Made by a program: the position numbers and the translations under genes | Assembly (NCBI RefSeq): GCF_000315625.1 | Contig: NW_005434621.1 | Coordinates: forward strand, 419,539 to 483,538 | Origin: Guillardia theta CCMP2712 | Taxonomy: Eukaryota; Protista; Cryptophyta | Direction of reading: 5' to 3' | DNA length: 64,000 nt | Notes under the pieces: generated by a model | The model's database searches: none | What the model saw: the letters and a program-made list of their open reading frames with translations, nothing else | What the model was told of the DNA's origin: nothing | Shown here: one piece after another, positions 39,687 to 50,747 of the stretch | How the letters are laid out: each line of letters begins with the position of its first letter | Position numbering within the stretch: position 1 is the stretch's first letter

Positions 39687-39796
39687 GCTCAACTCATCGC
39701 CTTTCTGCAAATTATCGACTTGTGAGGAGGGGAAGAAATCATAGCACGAGGTCAAGACAAGAGCAAATGGAGGTGTTGTGAGAGCGAGGTCAGGCA

Positions 39797-39946
39797 GGGG
39801 AGCGAGGAAGCGAGGGAGCGAGCGAGGGAGCGAGGGAGCGAGGGAGCGAGGGAGCGAGGGAGCGAGGGAGCGAGGGAGCGAGGGAGCGAGGGAGCGAGGG
39901 AGCGAGGGAGGGACGGAGGGACGGAGGGAGGGAGCGAGGGAGGGAT
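39797..39946. repeat. (GGGAGCGA)n minisatellite
   Basis: Octamer tandem array between the divergent APH1 and U-box genes. Confidence 0.93.
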
Positions 39947-40025
39947 GGCATAAATTCGCACAACGTTCTAAAAAGTACGCAGTCGCTTAAGTACGCAGTG
40001 TGCTGCTGGAGAACCGCCATGCAAG

Positions 40026-40180
40026 GAGAAGAGAAGAGAAGAGAAGAGAAGAGAAGAGAAGAGAAGAGAAGAGAAGAGAAGAGAAGAGAAGAGAAGAGAA
40101 GAGAAGAGAAGAGAAGAGAAGAGAAGAGAAGAGAAGAGAAGAGAAGAGAAGAGAAGAGAAGAGAAGAGAAGAGAAGAGAA
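40026..40180. repeat. (GAGAA)n pure-purine microsatellite
   Basis: Perfect pentamer array. Confidence 0.97.
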
Positions 40181-40332
40181 GAAAAAAAAGCAAGGGGAGG
40201 GAGATAAGACAGAGGAGGGAACAGCTTGGAGGAACATACATAAATTGAGCAACTAGTCGAGGGGGGGAGCAGGAGGAGCAGGAGGAGGTTCACAATTATC
40301 AAGGGTTATCTGGGTGCGGTCCTTTCTTTCAC

Positions 40333-41811
40333 ATGAAGAGAAAGGACCTGATTGTGTTGGCTTCAGTGATCTTCAGCTTGCTGCAAGTACATGGTGGAAC
40401 TTCAAAGAAGCTCCCCAAAAGTGCAGAGGTGGAACAAAGTGCCGAGCTGGAATTTTGGTCGTTTGTGGAGAGCGATGTGGACACGGCTCAGTTGTTCCTG
40501 CTGTCGTACTTGTACATTCCAAGATCTCTCTTCATGTTCCTCATGTATACAGTTCCAGTCAAGAGTGACTGCCCTCCTTCTCATCGCGTCCCCATGCAGA
40601 TATTCAGCCGAGGGAACCTGACGAACAGCAGCAGGGACTCCTGCAAGCAGTTCCAGCAGTTTCAGTACGAGTGGATGGTGCCTCCAGTATTGCAGAATCT
40701 CAACATGACCTACTGGGAGAGATTCACCCTCCTCGTCGCTCCTCGTCTGTATGTCGTCAGATTCTTCGACAAGCTCTTCCCAAACAACTTCGCCATCGTC
40801 AACTTCTTGTGGATCCTGACCTTGTACGACACCTCCTGGGAGATTGCAAACACACTGCTCCTTCGCGGTATGAATTTGACGTCCCTTGTGCTGGAGCCAC
40901 TGGCAAGAATGCTACTGCTCTTGTCTCTAAACGTGTTGCAAGCTGTCTTGCACCGCTACATCAAACTTGCGATCATCTACTGCATCATGGCCATGATGGC
41001 ACTGAAGGCGATCTGGCTGTATTGCTTCTTCTGTCGCTCGGGATATCGTCCGAGGAAGAAGAAACGTTCTGCCGCATGGCCTGTGGAGCTCAGCATCCCC
41101 GAGTGGATAGAGAGTCTGCCTGAGAGTGACCTTCCCAGCGCCTTCTTGTGCCCCATCAGTCGCGGCATCATGAAGCAGCCCGCCATCACCCCCGACGGCA
41201 GCACCTTCGACCGCGAGTTTCTAGCCAGATGGATCTCGACCAAGGGAACAGACCCCATGACCAAGAAGCGACTGCAGCTGCATGAAATCGCCCCCAACCG
41301 CGCCCTCCGTTCCCTCATCGAAGAGTGGATCAGACAGCGCTGCTTGCCCGACGCTCTTGACAGCTTTCAGGTCGGTACTCGAACATCTGGTGAGATAGAG
41401 ACCAGCTTCAGCGCAGGCCCTGCTTTCGCATCCGTCCTCTTGGGTTCAGGCAAAGAACCTCGTCTGTGGAGCAGGGAGCAGCCCCATGCATCCATCTCAA
41501 CTCATGAGCCCCGTCGAGCTAGTGCTGTCACTGAGACGCTCAGCAGGCAGCGTCAACTGCTTGCAAGCAGCTCTGAACCCCGTCCACACCCCTCTGCGTC
41601 ACCGAACGCGATCGATCAAAGGAAGGAAAGCTTGCACCAGTGTTCGGACTTGCCGCAAGAGAACCGAGAGCATCAGGGAGGATGTGTAGATAGCGAAGAG
41701 AAGGCATTGGATATCGCCATGTGTGGACAAGAAGAGTTGGCTTCGAGGAGGAGGAAGCGAGAAGAAGAGGGCGATGGGGAAGAGGCGGTTGTCAAGAGAG
41801 CTAAGCCCTAG
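40333..41811 (+). CDS. U-box E3 ubiquitin ligase with a signal-peptide-like N-terminus and hydrophobic segments
   Basis: U-box: PSAFLCPISRGIMKQPAITPDGSTFDREFLARWI..GTDPMTKKRL..IAPNRALRSLIEEW. Hydrophobic stretches precede it and a basic RPRKKKR follows the last one. Confidence 0.88.
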   Translation: MKRKDLIVLASVIFSLLQVHGGTSKKLPKSAEVEQSAELEFWSFVESDVDTAQLFLLSYLYIPRSLFMFLMYTVPVKSDCPPSHRVPMQIFSRGNLTNSSRDSCKQFQQFQYEWMVPPVLQNLNMTYWERFTLLVAPRLYVVRFFDKLFPNNFAIVNFLWILTLYDTSWEIANTLLLRGMNLTSLVLEPLARMLLLLSLNVLQAVLHRYIKLAIIYCIMAMMALKAIWLYCFFCRSGYRPRKKKRSAAWPVELSIPEWIESLPESDLPSAFLCPISRGIMKQPAITPDGSTFDREFLARWISTKGTDPMTKKRLQLHEIAPNRALRSLIEEWIRQRCLPDALDSFQVGTRTSGEIETSFSAGPAFASVLLGSGKEPRLWSREQPHASISTHEPRRASAVTETLSRQRQLLASSSEPRPHPSASPNAIDQRKESLHQCSDLPQENREHQGGCVDSEEKALDIAMCGQEELASRRRKREEEGDGEEAVVKRAKP

Positions 41812-41867
41812 TATTCACAAGCTTGCTGCTCAATTGTTGTCTAGAATGAAAAAGAGCAGCCCGAGTA

Positions 41868-43167
41868 TCATCTTTCTAGCTGGGCACTTAGCTCAGCCCT
41901 CAGCTGCTCAGCAGGTGGAGCTGGAGGAGCCAAAAGCGGTTGGAGGAAAGGGAAGAGTGCGCTCCTGGGTTGACAGTCAGTCCTCGGCATGCACGTGCAG
42001 AAGCCTCACAAGAAGATGTCCCAGCCAGGCAGAGAGAACCTGCCAGCCTCGCGTGAGACGAGAAGGAACGGGAAGGACTAAAACCTGTCTTCCTGGTACT
42101 CGATGAGCCCGTTGGAGGGAGACACGCGCAAGTCAGTGAAGACCTGAGTCAGCAAGAGTAAGGAGAGGAGAGTGGACTTTCTGATGCTTGCTCCCTTACC
42201 ACATACGGTTTGATCCGCAACCCCAGCCCGACGTTCACCTGCGAGCGGTTCAAGGCGCCGCTTCGCTGCTGCTTCGTTACCTTCCCCTCTAGTCGCCACA
42301 CAATTGTGATAGTGTTGGGAACAGTCGCGTTGAGACTGCAAGAGAAGCGAAGAGTTGGCAAGAGCAGAGCATGGCAAGAGCATAAGAAGAGCAAGAGAAG
42401 AGCAGATGGGCGCGTTGTTGCCTTCACCGGCATGCGATGATCTCAGCACGCGACGTCGCTTGATCAAAAAGTCGTCGCACACCCCCTGCCATCAGCCACA
42501 GTCACGCACGTTGGAGGTGAGGAGAGCTCAGCGACGTGCGTAGTTGTCGATCCCAGAGAGCTGGACATCGGGGTCCTGACACACGTGAGAAGAAGCTGAG
42601 AGAGGTGGGGCAGTAGACCTTGAAGGTGAAATCAGAGCTGAAGAGTTCAAATGGAACGTTCCCCGTCACGAACCATTCTCTCTTCGTCAATTCTTCAGAT
42701 ACAACGTCGCACATCTTGATGTCATCGTCATTGCAACCCGATGTCGCATCACAAAGACCTCTTCGACACTCAACCCTGTTCTCTTAGGAGGTAGCTCCCT
42801 GCTGTCCTCGCTCTGGTACTCTTTCGTTGCCCCAGTTGCCCCAGTGATCCTAGTAGGACATGAGGGAACGAGAACAAGAGAAACTTCTGGGATCAGACCA
42901 TCTATCAATTGTCTTGATCAAATTGTTCTGATATCTTGTCGACTTTTCACCTCTCTGCTCCTTGTTTGTTTGCCGCCGTACGACATTGCTGCGCTGGTTT
43001 CGATGGATCAGGTTCCCAGTGCGCTGCGCAAACCCCAAAGACGAAGAGGAAGGGACGATAGGAGAGAGGAGAGGAGAAGTAGGAGAGAGAGAAAGACAAG
43101 GAAGGGGACACAAGGTCGATGCCGAGGGCAGGAGGAGCAGGAGGACAGGCCAAGTCTGAGCCACCAT
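41868..43167 (-). CDS. SnoaL/NTF2-like (DUF2358-type) algal protein, probably with an N-terminal targeting peptide, multi-exon
   Basis: Spliced peptides: REWFVTGNVPFELFSSDFTFK|DPDVQLSGIDNYARGVRRLFDQATSRAEII..WRLEGKV|NVGLGLRIKPYV|VFTDLRV..GLIEYQEDR|FSLPGWDIFL. Hydrophobic start MVAQTWPVLLLLLPSAST. Confidence 0.7.
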
Positions 43168-43304
43168 TCCCTGCCAGATCGAAAGATCGAAAGAAAAAGA
43201 AAGAAAATAAAAGCGTTTTACACAAGAGAAAGAAAAACAAAAAAAGAAAGAAAAACAAAAAAGAGAAAAAAGAAAGAAAAGTGGAAGGGGGTCAAGAAAA
43301 ATGC

Positions 43305-43517
43305 CACGTGGGTATAAAGTTTTATATACTACGAGGGTGGGTACCTATATGGGTAGTAGGTGGGGTCATATGCAGATGATACACGGGTCGTTTTGACTTC
43401 AGTATTGTTTTTGCAGGGGTGGTGGTGGTAGTCAGGAGTAGGTAGTCAATGATAATCACGGGTGGGTACTTCAATAAAGTTTTAGACACGTGGATCCACC
43501 AACATTTGCATATAAAA
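43305..43517 (+). promoter_or_regulatory. Candidate bZIP promoter: two CACGTGG boxes and TATAAAA
   Basis: CACGTG at 43305-43310 and 43487-43492, TATAAAA at 43511-43517, upstream of ATG 43804. Confidence 0.4.
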
Positions 43518-43803
43518 CGAGGAGCACGGAACGATGGGCAGGGCAGACGGTCGGGAGGAGGGAGGAAGAGGGATAGGAGGAGAGACTAGAGGACTAGATG
43601 GAAGAAGAGAGAGGAAGAGAGATAGGAAGGAGACTTGAAGACTAGATGGAAAAAGTATTGGAATTGAGTGATCCTCCCTCCCTCCCTGACTCTCTTTCCC
43701 TCTTCCCTCTCCATCCACCCTACAAGTGAGGAAGAAACCTGTTTGTTTGTATTTTCCCTCTCGTATCCGGTTTATCTTCTCACTTTTAGTCATCAGGAGT
43801 TCT

Positions 43804-44729
43804 ATGAAGAGACCGCATGACCCCTCCGTGAACATCGAACAGGAGCTTCAGGACTTGTCAGAGCTTCAGCAGCAGCATGCAGATGAGGAAGAGGTCCCAG
43901 CAGAGTTGAAGCAGCGGGTCAGAGTGCTGAAGAACAGGCTTTCTGCGAAGAAGTCGAGGGAGCAAGCAAGAGAGTATGTCAAGAACCTCGAGGCCAAACT
44001 CGCAGTCGTCTCAACTGAGTCACAGATCCTCGCACATCGCCTCGCTACGCTCGAGGCAGAGAACGCCCAGCTAAGAGCCTCTCGAACGTTTCATGACTGC
44101 CCGAGCATGGAAGCAGGGAGGTTCCACATGCCATTTCCGGCGAGCCTCAGCTTTGAAGTTGGAGGAGAGAAGAAGAGAACGATCAACGAGCCTGCAGTGC
44201 TCTCACAAACATCCCTGCAGTTGGATGCCCTTCTTCTCCTCCTCTCCACGGCATGGGCTTCTCTCCTTCACGGCTCGTCTCCATCGCAGAGGCCGCTGGT
44301 GCTCATGGCTGCCTGGGCCTTGTCCTGCATCCGCTGCTGGGCGAGCATCCCTGCCATGACTGCTCCTCCTTCGGGCTCAAGGCAGTCCCTCTTGAAGCTG
44401 GTTGCTCAGGCTTGGCGTTGCCTCCCTGGCAGGCGCAGCACCAAAGGCACGCGATGGCGAGGGATGCAGCGGAGGCGGCAGCTACTATTTCGGCTGAGGA
44501 TGCTGTTGAGCAAGATATGACAGCTGCGGACGTAGACGAAATCTTGCAGTGCCAATTGAGAGTCAAACAAGAAGAGGAAGACAGAGGAAGACGGAGGGGG
44601 CATGAAGAAGTTGGGGTGGAGGATAGAGAAGGAGAGCAAACATGTGCGAGTGATGGAGGAGCGTTCAGTCTCGGTCATTCTGACTCCTGCATAGAGGCAT
44701 CTGAGTTCCTGGAGCGCTTCCTCGAGTGA
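43804..44729 (+). CDS. bZIP transcription factor, XBP1/HAC1/bZIP60-like; unspliced ORF ends at 44520 (238 aa), predicted spliced ORF ends at 44729 (300 aa)
   Basis: Basic region RVLKNRLSAKKSREQAREYV plus leucine zipper. The EPAVL motif is followed by a hydrophobic segment, and an overlapping open frame runs to 44729. Confidence 0.9.
44161..44242 (+). other. IRE1-type unconventional intron structure with a 23-nt intron at 44195-44217
   Basis: Hairpin GAGC-CUGCAGU-GCUC (44188-44202), hairpin CAUCC-CUGCAGUU-GGAUG (44210-44227), basal stem GAGAAGAAG (44167-44175) / CUUCUUCUC (44230-44238). Confidence 0.85.
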
Positions 44730-44784
44730 CCTTTGCTCCTCTTATTGTACAAAAGAATAAAGAATGGCATGATGGTCCCGCCCC

Positions 44785-47700
44785 TTACTTGCCTTCGCCC
44801 CGTCCCTTGTGTCTTCCTATCCACCGCTGGAAGGCAGGGTTTTGATAGAACAACTGAAACCACCCGCCGCGGTTCTCATCCTGTCCCACCTGAAGCAAAT
44901 CAATCCGAGGGCTTGAAGAGGAGGCCATCAAGAGGAGGCCATCAAGAGGAGGACATCAAGAGGAGGACATCAAGAGGAGGGAGGTCAGCAGAAGGTCTTG
45001 CCTGTCGTTCCTCCTCATCTCGAAGGTCAAGGATCGGCTGCCACCAGGGGTCCACGCGCTCGACAAACTCAGCCTACGGGGCATCTTAGCACCTCCGCGG
45101 ACTAAGACGCTTCCTCCACCAGTGCGTCACTCCCACATGCTGCAGCGTCATGAAACTCGCGGGCAAGCGCGTTCGTCTTGACAACAGAGTCGCTGTAGTT
45201 CCTCACTTGAAGCCCCTCCATGCTCGACGCGCGTGACAGGGCCACGTACGCCTGCCCTTCAGCAAAGCAGCCTGCGAGATCGACACAGACCTGAGGAGAG
45301 GTGAGAAGGAGAGACAGGTAGGGAGGAGGCACTTGGTCTAGAGTTTGACCCTGACTCTTGTGGATCGTGATAGCCCAGGCAAGCTTGAGGGGAATCTAGG
45401 AGGAAGTCAAAGCCAAGCAGCTGAGAGGGTCGGCACCTGAAATCTGCAGCATCGGCCGGTGAGGAAGACGTCGACTTCGAAGGCGACCGGCAGGCACGTG
45501 TGGCGGCAACCGTTGAGAAACTTGACAACCGGGCAATTGACTTCCCTCCACTTGGTCTGGAGCGCCTGAGAGAGACTAAGCGGGACAGAGGAAGAGGGCG
45601 ACTGAACCTGCAGCTGCATGTTGATGGTGGCGACCTCGTCCAAGTAGACCTCTTGCTCCTCCGCACTTATCCTCGAGGTTTGAGAAGCTTCTCAGGTTAA
45701 CGTCAGAGCTCTCGCCCTCGGGGGGGGCATCAGACGCTACCGAGCTGCTGCTTCACTTCCTCCAATCGTCTTCTTATCTCATTCGACGCATCAACGGCGC
45801 TCACAAAGTCGACAACAACCCCACGACTTCCGTTGACAAGTCGCTTGCTTAGAACGTTCTTGGTCAGCATGACCTGCGCGCCTTTCTTGAGGTGGAGGGT
45901 CTTGGGAACCAGACAGGAAGAGAAGAACTGATTCTGCCACAGCTTCCTCATCGCAGCGCTGCTGCTCATTCCCCCGCACCTCAACGGCTCGACCTTGCCG
46001 GCATCAGCCCACAACAACCTCAGCGGCGAATTACCGAGTCGTCGGCATCATACTTGAAGCTCTGATCAGGCAGCATGTCAAGCCTGCAGACGTTCTCACG
46101 GTCAACGTTTCGGTTGGTGGAGTAGAGGATCGTCGCTTCGATCCCATCCTGCTAGGCCTGTCAACGATGCCCATCTGAGCACGTGAGAGTACCTGACAAT
46201 TGAGGGGTCTCGAGCAGCTCTCGATGAAGCAGCGAGTGCAGTCGTCGATGGTCCCTCGTCTCAGCTTGCCGAGGACGTCAACCATCCGCTGATCCTTCTG
46301 CCTGCGACACCTAGAGCGTGAGAGGACTCGCTTCCATCGCCAAATTACCGAAACACATGCTGCAGCTCCACGGCAGCAAAGTTAGCTTCTCGCCAGCAGG
46401 CTGACTGAAACACAAGAGCCTCGCAATCTTCCACCACCACCGGAATGTTCAGGTCAACATTCTCTGAGCTGCTATGGCATGAACAGCTCTCAGATCCATC
46501 CCTCTCTCTTACCTTCGCAGCACGGGCGGGCACTTGTTACGGAGCTTAGCGCCGTTCCTGGTGAAGCTGCAGAGCTGGTAGAAGTCACCTGCTAGTCTCT
46601 CAGCTCCTGTCGCAGTGAGTCTCACTCGCCTGAGAAGATCAGCTGGAGGCCACCGAAGACTCTCTGGGTGTCTCCTCGAATTCTGCGAACCACCTGGTCG
46701 AGCCAGTCGAGAAAAGCAGGCTCGATCATGCTGACCTTCAACGCGGTCAGTCTCACAGACAAGACGAGGGGGCAGGACCTCATCGATGATGAGGACTTGC
46801 GCTCTTCTCCACTGCTTTTTGTTCTTCCAGCACTTCTCCAAGTCATATACGTTGGTAGGGATACCACAGCCAGCAAAGGAATGAAGCGTTTGGCCTTCAC
46901 AGAGAATCGACGCAACTCCTGTGGCTGCTGTAGGCACTACGGCATTCCTGCCATAAAGTCTCCGCAGCACCTTGATAAGTCTCCGCAACAAAAAAGTCTT
47001 TCCTGTGCCTCCCATCCCCGTGAAGAAGACATTTCGACCCTGTCGACACAAGTCGAGCACGAGCTTCTGCTGAGGGTCGAGGTCGCTCACGTCCACGTCG
47101 TCTGTGGTTGGCGACACCAGAATGACTTCCGCTCTCTTTTCATCTCGCGAGTATTGAGCCAGGTAGTGCCCCCCCTCCCTCTCCTTCCAGCGTTGGCACC
47201 TCGAGGCAGGAATCTCACACACGCAGCACTGAGAACCAGTCAGGTGGGGTAGCAGATGAAACAAGGACTTACATAACAGTTGTCACAAAACTGAGCACTA
47301 CCGAACTGATGGATCGCACAATGTTCTCTTGCATGAGGAAGGCTGACGCCAGCGAAGTCTCCTTTCATTCCAGTCACGATCAAGTCGTCTTCGATAATCT
47401 CGCCCTCTCTCGTTGTCATCCCCCACTCGCCCAGTTTGTCAGAGTGGGGACTGGAATCAAGAATCACACATTCATCGTCGTCATCGGATGTCCAACTTCC
47501 CCTGCCAATTTCCTCCATCCTCGCTTCCTGTTGCTCCACCCTGCCCAATTTCCTTTTTCCAAGTTCTCTCTCCAAAGCTTCAGCTCCACTTTTTCCCTCG
47601 CCGTCGCGATTGGAGGAAGATCCTGGTTCCTCTTTATGCTGACCACCACCCCTATCTGAGCCGTGAGCAGCTTCGTCTAGAATGCAAGATGCTCCCGTGA

Positions 47701-47848
47701 TAAGACAAAGAAGACTCTCTTGGCTTAATGCGGGAGGGGCATGAAGAGGAGGGTGGCTCGTGTGTCTCTCTCTCAGGTATCTCTCTGCTGCTCGCATGCT
47801 CTCCTCGATCATCGCCATCTCCTCCTCTCCCACCACTTCTTCTTCCAT
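44785..47848 (-). CDS. PIF1: PIF1-family 5'-3' DNA helicase with an N-terminal Cys/His-rich domain, multi-exon
   Basis: [33 protein letters not shown]|[14 protein letters not shown]|[59 protein letters not shown]. Termini approximate. Confidence 0.92.
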
Positions 47849-48195
47849 TTCGAAATCAAATCTATAACCGTCCTGTAACCACCCCTTTGGGTCTTGAGTC
47901 GTAAGCCCGGCCTGCCTCACTGAGGAAAGCCCAGCTCACTGAGCCTGCCTCAGGAAAATGATCGCACTGAGGTCAGCTCGGATTCATAGGGGAGACCTGC
48001 TGGACCTTAGTTGGAGATTGGAGGCTTCATGGACCGTGAGGGCAGTAGAAGCGTTTTGCCAATCAATCAACGGTTTCCATGAGGTAAACTTGTATGATGG
48101 CAATCAATCAACTTCAAGCGGCCCGACGCATGATTGACAAGATTTAGCAACACAAATGGACAGTAGACATGAGTAAGGTAATTGGACCATGCAAC

Positions 48196-48936
48196 TCAAG
48201 AGATCGAGGGGGTAAAGAAAGAGATCAAGAGAGGAGCAGCTTCGAAAAGACAAGAAGCAGCTTCGCAATAGAGCAGACGCTCTTGTCGGCAGTTCCCATT
48301 GCCGACCACCATCAAGTAAGGGGTATCTACACGGAAGTATTTCTTGTCATTGCACAAGCCCAGGCGATCAAGCCCAGCATCTGACTCTGTCCAAGCAATG
48401 CTCGCTCCCGACAAGGGACTCTTCTGAAGGCTGCCCTCTCTCAATTGAAGCAGCTGTCGAAACTGCTTCTTTTCTTTTCGAAGCTGCTCCTCTTTCTTGT
48501 AAAGCTGCTCCTTGTCTTCACGAAGTTCTGCATGCCTCCTCGGATCCTGTTGCCCTACACTCTTGATCTCTTTCTCTACAACCTGAATACCGTGCTTGAC
48601 CCCCTCGATCTCATTCTCGACCCCCTCGATCTCTTTCTCGACCCCCTCGATCTCTTTCTCTACCTCCTTCTTGGAGCTCTCATCTCCTCCGCGCAGTGTG
48701 AGACATTCTCGGACATTACCAATATTCCGTACATCACTCTCAGGGGCTTCTAGCAAAGTTTGTGCAGACCTTGTTTGGAATCCTCCGCGAAAGCTTCCGT
48801 CCAGCTCCCTCCCATCAGCGAACTGCATGCTTGCCGGTCTCTTGAAGCATGCCAAGAGGACAAGCAAACCACGCATGGCAGGTACCGGCACAGCGAGGCA
48901 GGCGCCATCACGTCTCTCCCGAATGAACAAGTCCAA
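48196..48936 (-). pseudogene. Truncated coiled-coil gene of a Crinkler-like repeat family, ended by an inverted self-duplication
   Basis: Signal-like MRGLLVLLACF, LTLRGG, heptads EVEKEIEGVEKEIEGV and KEQLYKKEEQLRKEK, then LLYC. After that, 48196-48260 is the reverse complement of internal parts of the same ORF. The family call is a weak recollection. Confidence 0.45.
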
Positions 48937-50747
48937 ACTCAGGCCGCCTCAGTATAGGAAACAAGCAATAGAGTCACTTATTAGCTCTACGTTTATCCTA
49001 GTTTGCAGTTCGATATCAGCTATATAAACACCGTCTTCACCTGTTACAATCAGCTTCTTTGTTGTGAATAATTCTCCTATTACAGCAAACATGATAATCA
49101 AACGAAAATATAGTTCAAGCACAATTTGAGCAGCTGTTGGACACACTAATCGGTGCCGCTGTGTTTCATCCAAACGTACAACAACGACAATGGCCATCTG
49201 TGCATTCAGCGACAACATCGGCTTACCTAAGAGAAGGAATCCAGCACAGCCTCAGGTACCTCCGAACTTTCAGCCGCATGATTGCAGATGCAGGTTGGAC
49301 TGGCTTGACATTGTCTGATGCGATGGATATGCAGGGTCTCGAGACAGTTTTCATGGTGCTTGCCATGGACGCTTGCTGGGAGGGTTGCAACCCTTCGCTG
49401 CTCCTCCTGTCGAGGCGCTCTCCCCCCTCACCCCCTGTTCGCGTTAGCGATTTCTTGTTGAGCTCGATCCTCTTCAAGGTTCACTCTGTGCTGGCAGCCT
49501 CTCCTCCTCATCCTAAGCTCTGCATCAGCTTCGGCCCATGGTCTTATGTCTCATTTTCAAACCTTCCGTTCCTTTGCGTGGTTTGTCAAGAGAGTAATTT
49601 GATATTTGTTCTGCGCGATGTTTGCTTCTCAGACGCGTTAGTATTTGCCCCCCCGCTATCAATCAACCGAAAATAGCTTGATACAACAACGCTGCTTGTT
49701 CTTCGTTGGAGTGGAGGAGCGAGTTTGGCTGTGGGTGAACGAGTGTGCATTGAATGATCGATGGATGAGTTGCCATGATGATTGCGGCTTCTTCTTGGTC
49801 CGGATACCGCTAGTGTAGTATCACGACTGAAGGAAGGTGTGTTTGTAAATCCGAACACAGCAAGTGAGCCCGATTATTGCGGACGCACCCGTGCGCATCA
49901 GGCGTCGTTGTAGGCACATGTTATGCCTTGCAGCCTCCTTACGGCGAATTCCTCCTTTGCCAATCGCCTGGTTGTGACTTGCTCGTTCACTACGAGGAAC
50001 AAGAAGATCGCGTACACGATTTCTCTACCTCGATCACGCATATCAGGCGCAAGGTATGATGGGATGTTGGTATATGGCCTGAATCAAATCGATTTCTCCT
50101 CGGACACGCAGCTCCCAGCGGTCGATGATCTCTGCCTCTATATTGTGCTCCTCGTCTTGTCCATCACAGGCAAGCGGCAGGCTCACGTAGGCAATACATT
50201 TGGTACACAGATGGGAGGTGTTAGACCAGGTCAACTTTGCTGATCCCATACCATTCAGTGTAAGCAGCGTGACTCTATCACCAAGGCCTCAGGGCGAAGG
50301 ATCAAAATGACTCAGCAATGAGGGAAAATTTCTGAGCGACATGCTGCAATGATGCAGCTATCTCATCCTATCTGGTCGTGTACGGGACCTTTTAGATTGC
50401 GAGACACCATCAATACTTGTGACGCATGTGGGACTCAATTGCCAGTTTTGAACAGGCAATCGAACAAGACAACATTCCATCCGCCATGCAATCTTGAAAC
50501 AAGCGTGGGCTTGTGTAAATCCCCATGATCACACGACAGACGTTGTGAGCCTGGCAACATAACGTGGCTCGATTGCAGGAGAGTGAAGGATACCAGTGTT
50601 GTTCACTATCAGCTAATGTTTCTGTGGATGTTGTGCATTCAGAATCGTACAAGTAGAGGCATCATGGTGATTTTCTCCACTTAATTTATTACCAAAATCA
50701 GACTATCATCTTGCCAAAAGCAGACACTGGCACCTGTACCAGCATCA

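Noticed and set aside
44197-44220. A 24-nt GT..AG spliceosomal intron as an alternative reading of the bZIP hairpin region
   Set aside because: It is much shorter than the 45-50-nt short introns seen elsewhere in the window and has no CTGAC-like branch site. It is in frame, so it cannot explain the open second frame, the twin hairpins or the basal stem.
14235-47848. A functional cluster of DNA helicases (ZGRF1-like, SMARCAL1-like, PIF1) or of U2 snRNP genes
   Set aside because: They are interspersed with unrelated genes and show no shared regulatory signal, so chance is sufficient.
49000-50650. A possible spliced gene in this interval
   Set aside because: I could not assemble exons or recognise any motif, so it is left unannotated.
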